Shown here piece after piece: positions 1 through 9,959 of a stretch of DNA of 64,000 nucleotides. A model generated the notes under the pieces. It searched no databases. It had not been told where the DNA came from and was given only the letters and a program-made list of their open reading frames with translations. Every line of letters starts with the position of its first letter. Within the stretch, counting starts at the first letter, position 1. The translations under genes were made by a program, and so were the position numbers. The stretch spans positions 1,088,001 to 1,152,000 of the forward strand of contig CAVZLN010000003.1 in NCBI GenBank assembly GCA_963776245.1, read 5' to 3'. The stretch comes from Candidatus Eiseniibacteriota bacterium (GTDB taxonomy: Bacteria; Eisenbacteria; RBG-16-71-46).

Positions 1-540
1 TCCCTTCGCCATGAACCCCGCGCCCAGCAGCGCCAGCGCCCAGGGCGAGGGCGCGAGCGCCCACCACCCGGCGACCGCCGCGGCGAGGAACGGATCGCTC
101 GCCAGAGTGCGCCCGGCGGCGGCGAACAGCGCGGTGCCCAGCAGCAGCCACGCCGCGAGCGTGGGAGAGGCGACCAGCGCGCCGAAGCGTCGGCGGGCCG
201 CGAGCGCGGTGAAGAGCAGCGTGGCGATCGCGGCGAGCGCCACCGGCACGCGCGCGCCCCACGCGTTCTCGCCCATCAGCCGCATGCCCGCCGCCGCCGC
301 CCAGTAGGCCAGCGGCGGCTTGTGGAAGTGCGCGATGCCGTTGAGCCGCGGCGTGAGCCAGTCGCCGCCCCGGTTCATCGCGCGCGCGATCTCGGCGTAG
401 CGCGTCTCGGTGGGCTCGAGCAGGCCCATGAGCCCCGCGGGCACCACCAGCAGGAAGGTCGCGACCGCCAACAGCACGGGAAGGCGGTCGAGCGGGCCGC
501 GCGCGGGCGGCCCGGCTCGCGGGCTGCGCTCCGCCCCCAT
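1..540 (-). CDS. ArnT/PMT-like glycosyltransferase (GT39/GT83), runs off the left edge
   Basis: Manual translation from ATG at 540: ...LLEPTETRYAEIARAMNRGGDWLTPRLNGIAHFHKPPLAYW...ENAWGARVP... (ArnT N-terminal signature); directly downstream of a GT2 gene. Confidence 0.85.
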   Translation of the reverse strand, partial: MGAERSPRAGPPARGPLDRLPVLLAVATFLLVVPAGLMGLLEPTETRYAEIARAMNRGGDWLTPRLNGIAHFHKPPLAYWAAAAGMRLMGENAWGARVPVALAAIATLLFTALAARRRFGALVASPTLAAWLLLGTALFAAAGRTLASDPFLAAAVAGWWALAPSPWALALLGAGFMAKG

Positions 541-542
541 GC

Positions 543-1265
543 TCACTCGCCGAGCACGCGGTAGCGCACCAGCCGCGATCGCAGCCACAGCACGCCCACC
601 AGGTCGGCGAGCCCGCGGCCGAGGCGGTTCATCACGCCGTACTTCGACCGCCCGTGGCGCCGCGCGCGGTGGCGCACCGGCACCTCGACCACGCGCGCGC
701 CGCGGAACCCGCACAGCGCGGGCAGGAAGCGGTGCATGGTGGTGAAGTACGGCAGCGCCTCGAGGGCCTCGCGGCGGTAGGCTTTGAAGGAGCACCCGAT
801 GTCGGTGACGCGGTCCCCCAGCACCAGCCGGCGCGCGCCATTGGCGATCCGCGACGACACCAGCCGCACCCACGTGTCCTGGCGGCCCTGGCGGACGCCC
901 GAGACCACGTCGGCGGATTCGAGCGCCGCGAGCAGCCGGGGCAGGTCGGCCGGGTCGTTCTGCAGATCGGCGTCGAGCGTGACCACGATGGCGCCGCGGG
1001 CGCGCAGGAACCCCGCGGCGAGCGCCGCGCTCTGACCCGCGCGGGCGGCGAGCCGGACCGGCCGAATGCGCGGGTCGAGCCGCGCCGCCTCCAGCAGGCG
1101 CGCGCCGGTCCCGTCGTCGCTCCCGTCGTCCACCAGCACCAGTTCGTAGCTCTCGCCGGTGGGGCCGAGCGCCTGTCCCAGCTCGGCGAGCAGGGGCGCG
1201 AGGTTCTCGGCCTCGTTGTAGGCCGGGATGACGACGGAGATCCGGATGGGAGTGGGCGCGTTCAT
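543..1265 (-). CDS. Glycosyltransferase family 2 (ArnC/DPM1-like polyprenol-phosphate glycosyltransferase)
   Basis: SVVIPAYNEAENL, VDDGSDDGT, TLDADLQNDP, DIGCSFKAYRR, HRFLP motifs. Confidence 0.9.
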   Translation of the reverse strand: MNAPTPIRISVVIPAYNEAENLAPLLAELGQALGPTGESYELVLVDDGSDDGTGARLLEAARLDPRIRPVRLAARAGQSAALAAGFLRARGAIVVTLDADLQNDPADLPRLLAALESADVVSGVRQGRQDTWVRLVSSRIANGARRLVLGDRVTDIGCSFKAYRREALEALPYFTTMHRFLPALCGFRGARVVEVPVRHRARRHGRSKYGVMNRLGRGLADLVGVLWLRSRLVRYRVLGE

Positions 1266-1383
1266 GGTGGCGGAGCGCGCAGCATGTCAGACGGCGCGCT
1301 GGGGCGCCAGCGTCGCGCGGGCCCGCCGGGTGCCACTGTCGGCCGGGCTGGAGCGACCGCCGTCTCTGTGTTAGACATGCCGC

Positions 1384-2010
1384 GTGCCTGCGCTCGACCG
1401 CGACCCCGAACGCCGCCGATCCGTCCGTCGGCGCGCCCTCGTGCCGCTCGAACAGCTCCAGATGGAGTTGGGGCGCGATCGGCCGCGCTGGACGTTCTCG
1501 CGGCTGGTCACCGGCTCGCCCCATCGCGAACGCATCCGCGAACGGGTGGAGTTCGTGCGGCGCTTCTTCCCCGAGCTCGACGCCGTGACCGTCCGGGTCG
1601 GCCTGGCGCTGAAGCGCGGCGTGCTGGGCTGGGGCTCGATGGACCCCGCACGCCCCGGCATCTGGGTGCGCCCGCGCCGGCTCGAATACTTCACCATCGC
1701 CCACGAGCTCACCCACCTGCTCCAGGCGCGCGGCCTGCTGCCGCGCGGCGAGCGCGCGTGCGACCTGTGGGCGCTGGCGCGCACCCCGCTGCTGGTGGAC
1801 AGCGCGCCCGCCTACCTGCGGGTGCCGCGCGGCCTGCGCGGACGCCGGCTGGTGGCCGAGGAGTCCTCCCGGCTCTGCCACGCGGCGCGCCGCGCGATCG
1901 CCGCGCGCGAGGCGGGCGACCGGCGCTACCTGGTGCGGTTCGAACGCGAGGCGGCGGCCCCGGCCGCGTCGCACGATGCGTCCCCCGCGCTCGGGGACGC
2001 GGCGCCGTGA
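1384..2010 (+). CDS. Hypothetical protein with HExxH (zincin-like) motif
   Basis: IAHELTHLLQ followed by GERACD; stop overlaps the next GTG start (GTGA). Confidence 0.6.
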   Translation: MPALDRDPERRRSVRRRALVPLEQLQMELGRDRPRWTFSRLVTGSPHRERIRERVEFVRRFFPELDAVTVRVGLALKRGVLGWGSMDPARPGIWVRPRRLEYFTIAHELTHLLQARGLLPRGERACDLWALARTPLLVDSAPAYLRVPRGLRGRRLVAEESSRLCHAARRAIAAREAGDRRYLVRFEREAAAPAASHDASPALGDAAP

Positions 2011-2426
2011 GGTGCATCCGGGTCGCCGCCGCGGTGGTATTGCACGAGGGGCGCGTGCTGCTCACGCAGCGCCCGCCGGGCGGCGCGAACCCGATGATGT
2101 GGGAGTTCCCCGGCGGCAAGCTCGAGCCGGGCGAGAGCGTGCCGCAGGCGCTCGCGCGCGAGATCGCCGAGGAACTGGGGGTGACCGCGACCCCGCACGA
2201 GCCGGTGGGCTCCAGCACGTACACCTATCCCGGCGGACTGCGGGTCGAGATCGAGTTCGTGCGCTGCACCCTCGCCACGCACGCCTTCCAACCCAACGAC
2301 GAGGTGAACGACCTGCGCTGGCTGCGGCCGGCGGAGGTGGACCTGCGCGAGGTGCTGGCCGCCGATCGCGACTTCCTGGTCTCGATGGGCGCCTCGCCGC
2401 TCGCGGACGGACCGCACGGAGGATGA
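2007..2426 (+). CDS. MutT/NudG-like NUDIX hydrolase
   Basis: WEFPGGKLEPGESVPQALAREIAEELG Nudix box; 3' part of ORF 654..2426, GTG start at 2007. Confidence 0.9.
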   Translation: MRCIRVAAAVVLHEGRVLLTQRPPGGANPMMWEFPGGKLEPGESVPQALAREIAEELGVTATPHEPVGSSTYTYPGGLRVEIEFVRCTLATHAFQPNDEVNDLRWLRPAEVDLREVLAADRDFLVSMGASPLADGPHGG

Positions 2427-2584
2427 CGATGTCGCTGCCCGAAGGCCTGCAGTTCCTCCAGCTCGGATGGTGGGTGGTCCACCTCGCGGCCGTCCTGCTG
2501 GTCTACTCCTACGGCCTCGCCAAGGGGCGCGGAGCGGAGCGCCGGGCGCAGCGCATCCGCGAGATGGAGAAGGGCAAGCGATAG
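2423..2584 (+). CDS. Small single-pass membrane protein
   Basis: MTMSLPEGLQFLQLGWWVVHLAAVLLVYSYGLAKG...; GGAGG RBS, ATGA overlap with the NUDIX stop. Confidence 0.65.
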   Translation: MTMSLPEGLQFLQLGWWVVHLAAVLLVYSYGLAKGRGAERRAQRIREMEKGKR

Positions 2585-2649
2585 CGCGAAGCGCGGATGT
2601 GGCGGTTCCCGGGTCGGCGGCGCACGCCGCCGCGACGCGGCGGTTCCCA

Positions 2650-2679
2650 TTGACTCGGTCCCGGGTCGCGCCCTAGCGT
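2650..2679 (+). promoter_or_regulatory. sigma70-type promoter
   Basis: TTGACT-N18-TAGCGT upstream of the 2712-6244 operon. Confidence 0.55.
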
Positions 2680-2711
2680 GCGTTCGTCGTGATCGGATCG
2701 CGGGAGGCCAC

Positions 2712-3092
2712 GTGGCGGTCAACGAGACGTTCGGCTGGATCTGGATCCTCACGGGGGTGCTCGCGGGGCTCGTGCTCGGTCTCCGGTTCCATCAGGACGA
2801 CTGGCTGGGCGGCTACGCCACGCTGCGCCGCCGCCTGGTCCGGCTGGGGCACATCTCGTTCGTCGGGCTGGGCATCCTCAACATCCTGTTCGCGCACAGC
2901 GCGGCCCGGATGGCCCTCGACCCGGCGGGGCTGCGGATCGCCTCCATCGCCTTCCTCGTCGGCGGGATGAGCATGCCCGCCTGCTGCGCGCTCATGGCCT
3001 GGCGGCGGGGGCTCCAGCCCCTGTTCGCGGTGCCGGTGGTGAGCCTGCTCGGAGCGCTCGGCGTGGTCGTGCGCGGATTGCTGCGGCCGTGA
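2712..3092 (+). CDS. Hypothetical 4-TM membrane protein
   Basis: Four hydrophobic segments, GGAGG RBS, overlaps the next start. Confidence 0.75.
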   Translation: MAVNETFGWIWILTGVLAGLVLGLRFHQDDWLGGYATLRRRLVRLGHISFVGLGILNILFAHSAARMALDPAGLRIASIAFLVGGMSMPACCALMAWRRGLQPLFAVPVVSLLGALGVVVRGLLRP

Positions 3093-4435
3093 GGCTCGGG
3101 CTCATCGCCATGAGCGGCGTGCGCGCCGCCAATCCCGAGCTCACCAGGGTCGGCCTCACGCTCCCTGGCTTCGTCGAGCGCAGCAAGGTGATCGCGTCCC
3201 TGCCGAGCCTCTCGCTGCTGACGCTCGCGGCGCTCACCCCGCCGGACGTGGAGATCGAGTATCGCGAGGTCCCCGACCTGAGCGCGGAACCGGCGCCGGT
3301 GGGCGAGTACGACCTGGTCGCGATCGCCACCTACTCGGCCCAGGTCCGGGACGCCTACCGGCTGGCCGGCCTCTACCGGGAGCGGGGCGTCCCGGTGGTG
3401 ATGGGCGGCCTCCACGTCAGCGTGCTGCCGGAGGAGACGCGCGCGCACGGCGTGGTCCCGGTGGTGGGCGAGGGCGAGGTCGTGTGGCCCCGGATCATCG
3501 AGGACTTCCGCGCCGGGCGGCTCGCCGGCGAATACCGCGGCGTGCTGGAGGAGGGCTACGACCTCGCCGAGGCGCCGATCCCGCGCTACGACCTCCTCGA
3601 CCCGGAGCGCTACAACCGGCTCACGGTTCAGACCAGCCGCGGATGCCCGCATCGCTGCGACTTCTGCGCCAGCTCGATCCTGATCGCGCCGCGCTACCGC
3701 GTGAAGCCGGTGGAGCGGGTGATCGCCGAGATCCGCCGGATCAAGCAGGTCTGGCCGAATCCCTTCATCGAGTTCGCGGACGACAACAGCTTCGTGGTGC
3801 GGAAGCACTCCAAGGAACTGCTGCGTGCCCTCGCGGCGGAGAACGTGAAGTGGTTCACCGAAGCGGACATCTCCATCGCGCAGGACGAGGAGATGCTGGA
3901 CCTGATGCGGGAGAGCGGGTGCCGGCAGGTCCTGATCGGGCTGGAGAGCCCGGTCGCGGGCGGGCTCGACGGCATCGAGACGCGCGGCAACTGGAAGCTG
4001 CGGAAGTTCCCCGACTATGAACCGGCGATCCGCACCATCCAGTCGCATGGCATCACCGTGAACGGGTGCTTCGTGCTGGGGCTCGACGGGCACACCGAGG
4101 CGATCTTCGACTCGGTCTACGACTTCGTCGAACGGTCGGGGCTCTACGAGGTGCAGATCACGGTGCTGACGCCGTTCCCGGGCACTCCGCTCTATCGCCG
4201 GCTCCGGGAGCAGGGCCGCCTGCTCGCCGAGGGCGCGTGGGAGCGGTGCACGCTGTTCGACGTGAACCATGTCCCGACCGGGATGACGCCCGAGCGCCTC
4301 CAGTCGGGGCTCGTCGATCTGGGCCGCAGGCTCTACGAGCCGGGCTTCATCGAAGCGCGCCGGAAGCGCTTCTTCACCGAGCTGCGGCGCCACCGGGCCG
4401 CAGCCCGCCACCCCGGGGAGCCCCATGAGAACTGA
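3089..4435 (+). CDS. B12-binding-domain radical SAM protein
   Basis: N-terminal B12-binding-like region (VVMGGLHVS, VGEGE) and TSRGCPHRCDFC CxxxCxxC motif; LTPFPGTPLY. Confidence 0.9.
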   Translation: MRLGLIAMSGVRAANPELTRVGLTLPGFVERSKVIASLPSLSLLTLAALTPPDVEIEYREVPDLSAEPAPVGEYDLVAIATYSAQVRDAYRLAGLYRERGVPVVMGGLHVSVLPEETRAHGVVPVVGEGEVVWPRIIEDFRAGRLAGEYRGVLEEGYDLAEAPIPRYDLLDPERYNRLTVQTSRGCPHRCDFCASSILIAPRYRVKPVERVIAEIRRIKQVWPNPFIEFADDNSFVVRKHSKELLRALAAENVKWFTEADISIAQDEEMLDLMRESGCRQVLIGLESPVAGGLDGIETRGNWKLRKFPDYEPAIRTIQSHGITVNGCFVLGLDGHTEAIFDSVYDFVERSGLYEVQITVLTPFPGTPLYRRLREQGRLLAEGAWERCTLFDVNHVPTGMTPERLQSGLVDLGRRLYEPGFIEARRKRFFTELRRHRAAARHPGEPHEN

Positions 4436-4811
4436 CTGGATCCGCCCGTTCTTCATCGTCGCGGCGCTCTACGACATCCTGCTGGGCCTGCCGTTCCTGT
4501 TCGCCTACCCGGCCATCTACGCGCGCTTCGGGATCGCGCTGCCCAATCACCCCGGCTACATCCAGTTTGGCGCGGCGGTGGTGACCATCTTCGGGATCGG
4601 ATTCTGGATGGTGGCACAGGCCCCGCGGCGGAACCGGGACCTCATCCTCCTCGGCATCCTGTTCAAGTTCGCGTACGCGGGCACCGTGCTCGGGCACCTC
4701 GCCGGCGGCCGGATCCCGGCCCTGTGGGTCCCGTTCGCCTTCATCGATCTGGCGTTCGCGCTCGGCTTCTTCGTCGCGCTGGTGGCGCTGCCGCCGCCGG
4801 CACGGGAGTGA
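4425..4811 (+). CDS. Hypothetical 4-TM membrane protein
   Basis: Hydrophobic 128 aa ORF overlapping both neighbours. Confidence 0.75.
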   Translation: MRTDWIRPFFIVAALYDILLGLPFLFAYPAIYARFGIALPNHPGYIQFGAAVVTIFGIGFWMVAQAPRRNRDLILLGILFKFAYAGTVLGHLAGGRIPALWVPFAFIDLAFALGFFVALVALPPPARE

Positions 4812-6244
4812 GCGCCGCTCGCCGCGCGCTCGCCGGCCTCGGGCTCCTCGCCCTCGGCGTGGCCGCGCTGGGCATCCCGGTGGTGGTCGCGCAGCTCGCG
4901 CCGCCGTGGTTCTCCCCGATCCCGCATTCCACGGACCTTCCGCTGCAGCTGTTCGCGTGCACCGGGAGCGTGGCCCTCGCCCTGTTCGGGGCGCTGCGCA
5001 TCCGCCGCCAGAGCGGACGGCCGGCGGAGGACCAGCTGCCGCTGGTGGCGGGGATCCTCGTCGGCCTGTTCTTCCTCGCGCTGGCCATGGAATACGGGCA
5101 CCGCTCCTGGGACTACGACTGCTACGAGGGTGCGGCGAAGGCCGTCCTGGCCGGCACGCCCCTCTACGGGAGCGGGTACATCTACCCGCCGCTGCTGGCG
5201 GAGGGCTTCGCGACCCTGCACCGGGTCATCGGGTTCGGCCTGTCGCACGCTCCGATCCACGTGCGATCGGACGCGGACAGCGTCTGGCACCTGGTGCTCT
5301 ACGTGTTCCAGTGCCTGCAGGTGGGCCTCGCGATCGCCGCGTACGTGCTGTGCCTCGCCTTCGCGCGCCGGCTCGGGCTCCGTCCGCTCGCGGCCGCCGC
5401 GCTCGCCTGCGCGCTGGTGGTGTTCGACAATCCCCTGCTGCGCACCCTCAAGCACGACCAGATGAACCTGTGGATCCTCGACCTCTCGCTGGCGGCCATG
5501 CTGCTGGCGGACCGGCATCCGTGGCCGGCGGGACTCGCGGTCTCGCTCGGGGCCCATCTCAAGCTCTACCCCATCATCCTGCTGGGCCCCTGGCTGCTCG
5601 AGCGACGGTGGCGCGCGTGCCTCGGCGCGGCCGCTGGCGTGGCCGGTATCCTGCTGGTCGAGACCCGGGGTGGACGCGACTGGACGCGATGGCACGACTT
5701 CGTGGCCGCCATGGGCTCGCTGGGCGGGAGCCCGGTCGCGTTCCGGGACAACAGCGTGCGCGGCATGGTCACGAGCACGCTGCGGCTCGCGACCGGGAGC
5801 ACGGACCGGCTGCCGGACGCGCTGCAGGCGGCCGCCAACGTGGTCGTGGCGCTGGCGACGCTGGGCGCCGCGGGGTGGCTGGTCGCGCGCTTCCTCCGCC
5901 GGGAGCGGGACGCGCGCTCGGCTCAGGCGGCGACGGGAGCGCCGGGGCCGCTGGCCGGGGTGTGGAGGCGTGACGGGCACATGGTGGACGCTCTCGCGTT
6001 CTCCCTGCTCGCCGCGCCGCTGGTCTGGGAGCACCACTACGTGCTCGCGATCCCGCTCGTGATCTGGGCGATCGCGACCCGCATCCGGGAGCACCCCTGG
6101 CTCATCGGCGGAGGGACGCTGCTCATGCTCGCGGTCCCGACCATCGATGTGTATCCGCTCGGCTATCACCGGCTGGCGGGCCTGATCCTGGTCCTCATCG
6201 GGACGGGCGGTCGCGCCCGCGCCGTTCCGGCCCGCACCGCGTAG
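4808..6244 (+). CDS. GT-C fold glycosyltransferase (GT87/DUF2029-like)
   Basis: DYDCY, YIYPPLLA, QMNLW, LKLYP, PLVWEHHYV motifs; multi-TM; GTG at 4808 overlapping the upstream TGA. Confidence 0.75.
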   Translation: MSAARRALAGLGLLALGVAALGIPVVVAQLAPPWFSPIPHSTDLPLQLFACTGSVALALFGALRIRRQSGRPAEDQLPLVAGILVGLFFLALAMEYGHRSWDYDCYEGAAKAVLAGTPLYGSGYIYPPLLAEGFATLHRVIGFGLSHAPIHVRSDADSVWHLVLYVFQCLQVGLAIAAYVLCLAFARRLGLRPLAAAALACALVVFDNPLLRTLKHDQMNLWILDLSLAAMLLADRHPWPAGLAVSLGAHLKLYPIILLGPWLLERRWRACLGAAAGVAGILLVETRGGRDWTRWHDFVAAMGSLGGSPVAFRDNSVRGMVTSTLRLATGSTDRLPDALQAAANVVVALATLGAAGWLVARFLRRERDARSAQAATGAPGPLAGVWRRDGHMVDALAFSLLAAPLVWEHHYVLAIPLVIWAIATRIREHPWLIGGGTLLMLAVPTIDVYPLGYHRLAGLILVLIGTGGRARAVPARTA

Positions 6245-6272
6245 CGCCGGCGCGCGTCCCGCGCGGCGCGGA

Positions 6273-6857
6273 TCAACGCGGCGCTGCGGCGCCTTCCACC
6301 CGCGCGGCGTCCGCGAGCCGCCCCAGCGCGCTGAGCAGCGCGCGCAGGATCTCGGGAGGGCGCGGGGGACAGCCGGGGACGCGGACGTCCACCGGGAACA
6401 CCGCCTGCACCCCATCGAGGGTGGCGAACGACCCGGCGCAGAACCCGCCGTGACAGGCGCAGTCCCCCACCGCGACGATCAGACGAGGTCGCGGCGTGGC
6501 CTCGTCCGTCAGGCGCAGCGCCTCCTCGAGGTGGCGCGCGGGCGGGCCGGTGACGAGCAGCCCGTCGGCGTGGCGCGGCGAGGCCACCACGTCGATGCCG
6601 AAGCGCTGCAGATCGTAGAACGGATTGAGCAGCGCCTGGAGCTCGCTCTCGCACGCGTTGCACGAACCGGCGTCCACGTGGCGCAGCCGCAGCGAACGCC
6701 GCAGCACGCGCTGGACCTCGGCGCGCAGCGCGTGGCCGAGCACCTCGATCTCGCCCGCCTCCGCGCGCGGCGCGCGTTCGAGGCCGGCGGGCCAGGCGAT
6801 CGCTGGCTGGCCGGTCTCGACTCCGCGCCGCAGCGCGCGCCAGACGATGTCCCACAT
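6273..6857 (-). CDS. Group-4 hydrogenase small subunit (HycG/HyfI/NuoB-like)
   Basis: GSCNACE, SPRHADGLLVTGP, VGDCAC, PGCPPRP; ATG (MWDIVWRAL) at 6857. Confidence 0.9.
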   Translation of the reverse strand: MWDIVWRALRRGVETGQPAIAWPAGLERAPRAEAGEIEVLGHALRAEVQRVLRRSLRLRHVDAGSCNACESELQALLNPFYDLQRFGIDVVASPRHADGLLVTGPPARHLEEALRLTDEATPRPRLIVAVGDCACHGGFCAGSFATLDGVQAVFPVDVRVPGCPPRPPEILRALLSALGRLADAARVEGAAAPR

Positions 6858-6882
6858 GGTCAGGCTCCCGCGCCCGCGGCGT

Positions 6883-8493
6883 TCATCGGTCCACGCACGC
6901 GTAGCAGAGGTTGAACGACTTGTTGACCACCGGGAAGTCGGGGACGATGTTGTCGAGCACCGCCAGCGCCACCGCGGGCCAGTTCGCGTGCGAGGCCGAC
7001 CGCACCCGCCACGACTCGAGCGTGCCATCGCCCGCGGCGCGCACCCAGTGCGCGAGCATGCCGCGCGGGGACTCGACCAGCCCGAGTCCCGACCGTCCCT
7101 CGGCCAGTCCGCCGATGTGCTGCGCCAGCGGGCCGCCCGGCAGGCGCAGCAGCATCTGCTCGATCAGGTTGAGCGACTCGTGCATCTCGTCCACGTGCTG
7201 ATGGAAGCGGGCGAGCGCGTCCCCGGTCGCGCGCGTGGGCACCTGGAAGTCGAGGTCGGGGTAGGCCGCGTACGGGTGGTCGCGGCGCACGTCGCGCGGC
7301 AGGCCCGAGGCCCGCGCCGCCGGTCCGACCACGCCGAGATCCACGGCGATGGCGCGCGTGAGCACGCCGGTGCCCAGCAACCGGTCGACCACGGCGGCGT
7401 TGGCCGGCACCGAGCGCGCCAGCGCCTCGAGGTCGGCGCGCACCCCGGTCAACACGCCGCGCAGCCACAGCTGCGCCGCGTCGTCGAGGTCGCGCGCCAC
7501 GCCCCCCGGCACGCACACGCCCCGCAGGAATCGGTGGCCGAACAGCGCGTCATTCACCTGCTGGAGGGTCTCCTTGAGACGGTTGGCCTCGGTCGCGCCC
7601 ACCACGTACGCGGTGCAGGTGAGCAGGTGGCCGATCGTGCCGGCGTGGTTGTAGAGCCGCTCGAGCTCGGCGGCGAGCGAGCGGATGGCGCGCGCGCGCG
7701 GCGGCACGCTGGTGCCGGTCAGTTCCTCGACCGCCCCGCAATAGGCGATCGCATGCGAGAGCGCGCACAGCCCGCAGACGCGCTCGGCCAGCTCGAGGCC
7801 GCGCGTGACGCTCGCCCCTCTCGCCAGGGTCTCCAGCCCGCGGTACTTCCAGCCGAGGCGCACGTCGAGCTTCAGGATGGCCTCGCCCACGCTCGAGAAC
7901 CGGAAGTGGCCGGGCTCGATGATGCCGGCGTGGATGGGCCCGACCGGGATCTCGAACACCCCTTCCCCCTCGACCTTCCCGAACGCGAACCGCGGCGCCC
8001 ACGACCACTCCGCGGGCGGCGCGAAGTCGCGTCGCAGCGGATACGCGCCCGCCGGCCAGCCCTCGTGCGCCACCAGCGGACGCGGATCGGGATGGCCCTC
8101 GGGCACCACGCCCAGCAGGTCGTGCATCTCGCGCTCGAGCCAATGGGCGGCCGGCACCTCGGGCGTGATGCTCGGGTAGACGGGCGCGTCCCCCGGCACC
8201 GCCACGACGAGCGTGATGAGCGCGTCCTCGGGCGCCATCGAGAACGTGAAGTGCAGCCGGAAGCGTCCGCCCGCCTCGCGCTCGTCGAGCGCGTAAGCCA
8301 GCACCAGCGCTCCGCCCCACTCGCGGTGGAGGGCGCCGGCCACCTCGCGCACCCGCGCCGCCGGCACGACCACCAGGTGCTCGCGCAGGCTGGCGCGATC
8401 GGCGCCGAGCACCGCGTCGGCGAAGCGCTCGCGCAGTCCCAGCAGCGCGCGCTGGAGCGGGAACAGCTCGCCGGTCTCGGGCCGGTCGGTCAT
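6883..8493 (-). CDS. Group-4 hydrogenase large subunit (HycE/HyfG, NuoC+NuoD-like)
   Basis: WLEREMHDLLG, GPIHAGIIEPGHFRF, ERVCGLCALSHA, VESPRG, C-terminal NKSFNLCYACVDR; ATG at 8493 overlaps the upstream stop. Confidence 0.9.
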   Translation of the reverse strand: MTDRPETGELFPLQRALLGLRERFADAVLGADRASLREHLVVVPAARVREVAGALHREWGGALVLAYALDEREAGGRFRLHFTFSMAPEDALITLVVAVPGDAPVYPSITPEVPAAHWLEREMHDLLGVVPEGHPDPRPLVAHEGWPAGAYPLRRDFAPPAEWSWAPRFAFGKVEGEGVFEIPVGPIHAGIIEPGHFRFSSVGEAILKLDVRLGWKYRGLETLARGASVTRGLELAERVCGLCALSHAIAYCGAVEELTGTSVPPRARAIRSLAAELERLYNHAGTIGHLLTCTAYVVGATEANRLKETLQQVNDALFGHRFLRGVCVPGGVARDLDDAAQLWLRGVLTGVRADLEALARSVPANAAVVDRLLGTGVLTRAIAVDLGVVGPAARASGLPRDVRRDHPYAAYPDLDFQVPTRATGDALARFHQHVDEMHESLNLIEQMLLRLPGGPLAQHIGGLAEGRSGLGLVESPRGMLAHWVRAAGDGTLESWRVRSASHANWPAVALAVLDNIVPDFPVVNKSFNLCYACVDR

Positions 8494-9959
8494 GGTCGGA
8501 GCACCGCGGCCGCCTGCTCGAGCAGGTGGCGGAAGGGGGTGGGCAGGTAGACGCCGAGCAGCACCAGCGCCCCCGCGAGCGCCCACATCGGCGCGTGCGA
8601 GCCCCGCGGCAGCGGATCGCGCGCCTCGCGCTTGGCGCGTCCGAGGGCGACGCGCGTCCAGTGGTACGCGAGCCCCGCGAACACGATGGTGAGCGCCGCC
8701 AGTGCCACGGCCACCGCGGCGAAGTGCCCGGCGTGAAGCCCGCCCAGCAGCGTGCTCCATTCCGAGAGGAACAGCGCGGTGGGCGGCAGCCCGGCGAGCG
8801 CCACGCCGGCGATCACGAACAGCGCGCCGAGCGGGGGCGAGGCCTCGAGCGCCCCGCTCCACTGGTCCATGCGGCGCGAGGCGAACCCGCGGCCCAGCGA
8901 GCCGCCGACCAGGAACGCCAGCGTCTTGGCGAGCGCGTGGGCGACGAGGTGGAACATCCCGCCGAACACGGCGAGCGGCGCGCCGAGGCCGACGGCGAGG
9001 GTGATGAAGCCGGTGTGCTCGACGCTCGAGTACGCCAGCAGGCGCTTGTAGTCGCCCTGCAGCAGCATGAAGGGCACCGCCACCCCCATGGACAGCAGTC
9101 CGAAGGCGATCAGCAGTCCGCTCGAGTAGCCCGGCCCGAGGCACGCGGCGGCGATGGCGTGCACGCGCAGCACCGCGGTGAGCGCGGTGGCGAGCATGGC
9201 CGCGGACAGCACCGCGCTCACCGGCGTGGGCGCCTGGCTGTGCGCGTCGGGCAGCCAGGTGTGCATCGGCGCGAGGCCGGCCTTGGTGCCGTAGCCCACC
9301 AGGGTGAACACGAACCCGAGCATCACGAACCGCGGCGACAGCCGGGGCGCGATCGCGCGCAGTTCGGTCCACTGCAGTCCCCGGGACGGCTCGGCGAACA
9401 GCCCGCTCGAGGCGTAGTAGAGCAGCACGGTGCCGAACAGCGCGAGGGTGATGCCCACCGAGCACAACAGCAGGTACTTCCACCCCGCTTCGACCGCGCC
9501 CGGGCGGTCGTAGTAGCCGACCAGGAGCGCGGAGGCGAGCGTGCTGGCCTCGAGCGCGATCCACAACAGCCCGAGGTTGTTGGCCACCGCCGCGAGCGTG
9601 ATCGAGCCGGCGAGGAGGTGGAACATGGCGTCGTAACGGCCCGCGGTCCAGCCGGCCGCGGCGTGCCCCCGCTCCTCCTGCGCCATGTAGTAGGCCGCGT
9701 ACCACGCCGCCGCGGTGACCACCACGCCGATCACCAGCGCGAGCAGCGCGGCGAGCGCGTCGGCCTGCAGCCAGCCGCCCGCGGCGGTGAAGGCGCCGCC
9801 GGCCAGCACACGCGCGACGAGCGCGACCGCCGCCGCCAGCCCCAGCGCCGCGCCCGCCAGCGAGACGCGCCGGCTCCACGCCGAGCGCCCCAGCGCCAGG
9901 CACGCCGCGGCGGCCAGCGGCGAGGCGAGCAGGAGCGGGAGCAGGAACGCCATGGTCAT
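8490..9959 (-). CDS. hyfF: Hydrogenase-4 component F (HyfF-like antiporter subunit)
   Basis: EAGWKYLLLCSVG, GYGTKAGLAPMHTWLPDAHSQAPTPVSA, KRLLAYSSVEH. Confidence 0.85.
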   Translation of the reverse strand: MTMAFLLPLLLASPLAAAACLALGRSAWSRRVSLAGAALGLAAAVALVARVLAGGAFTAAGGWLQADALAALLALVIGVVVTAAAWYAAYYMAQEERGHAAAGWTAGRYDAMFHLLAGSITLAAVANNLGLLWIALEASTLASALLVGYYDRPGAVEAGWKYLLLCSVGITLALFGTVLLYYASSGLFAEPSRGLQWTELRAIAPRLSPRFVMLGFVFTLVGYGTKAGLAPMHTWLPDAHSQAPTPVSAVLSAAMLATALTAVLRVHAIAAACLGPGYSSGLLIAFGLLSMGVAVPFMLLQGDYKRLLAYSSVEHTGFITLAVGLGAPLAVFGGMFHLVAHALAKTLAFLVGGSLGRGFASRRMDQWSGALEASPPLGALFVIAGVALAGLPPTALFLSEWSTLLGGLHAGHFAAVAVALAALTIVFAGLAYHWTRVALGRAKREARDPLPRGSHAPMWALAGALVLLGVYLPTPFRHLLEQAAAVLRP

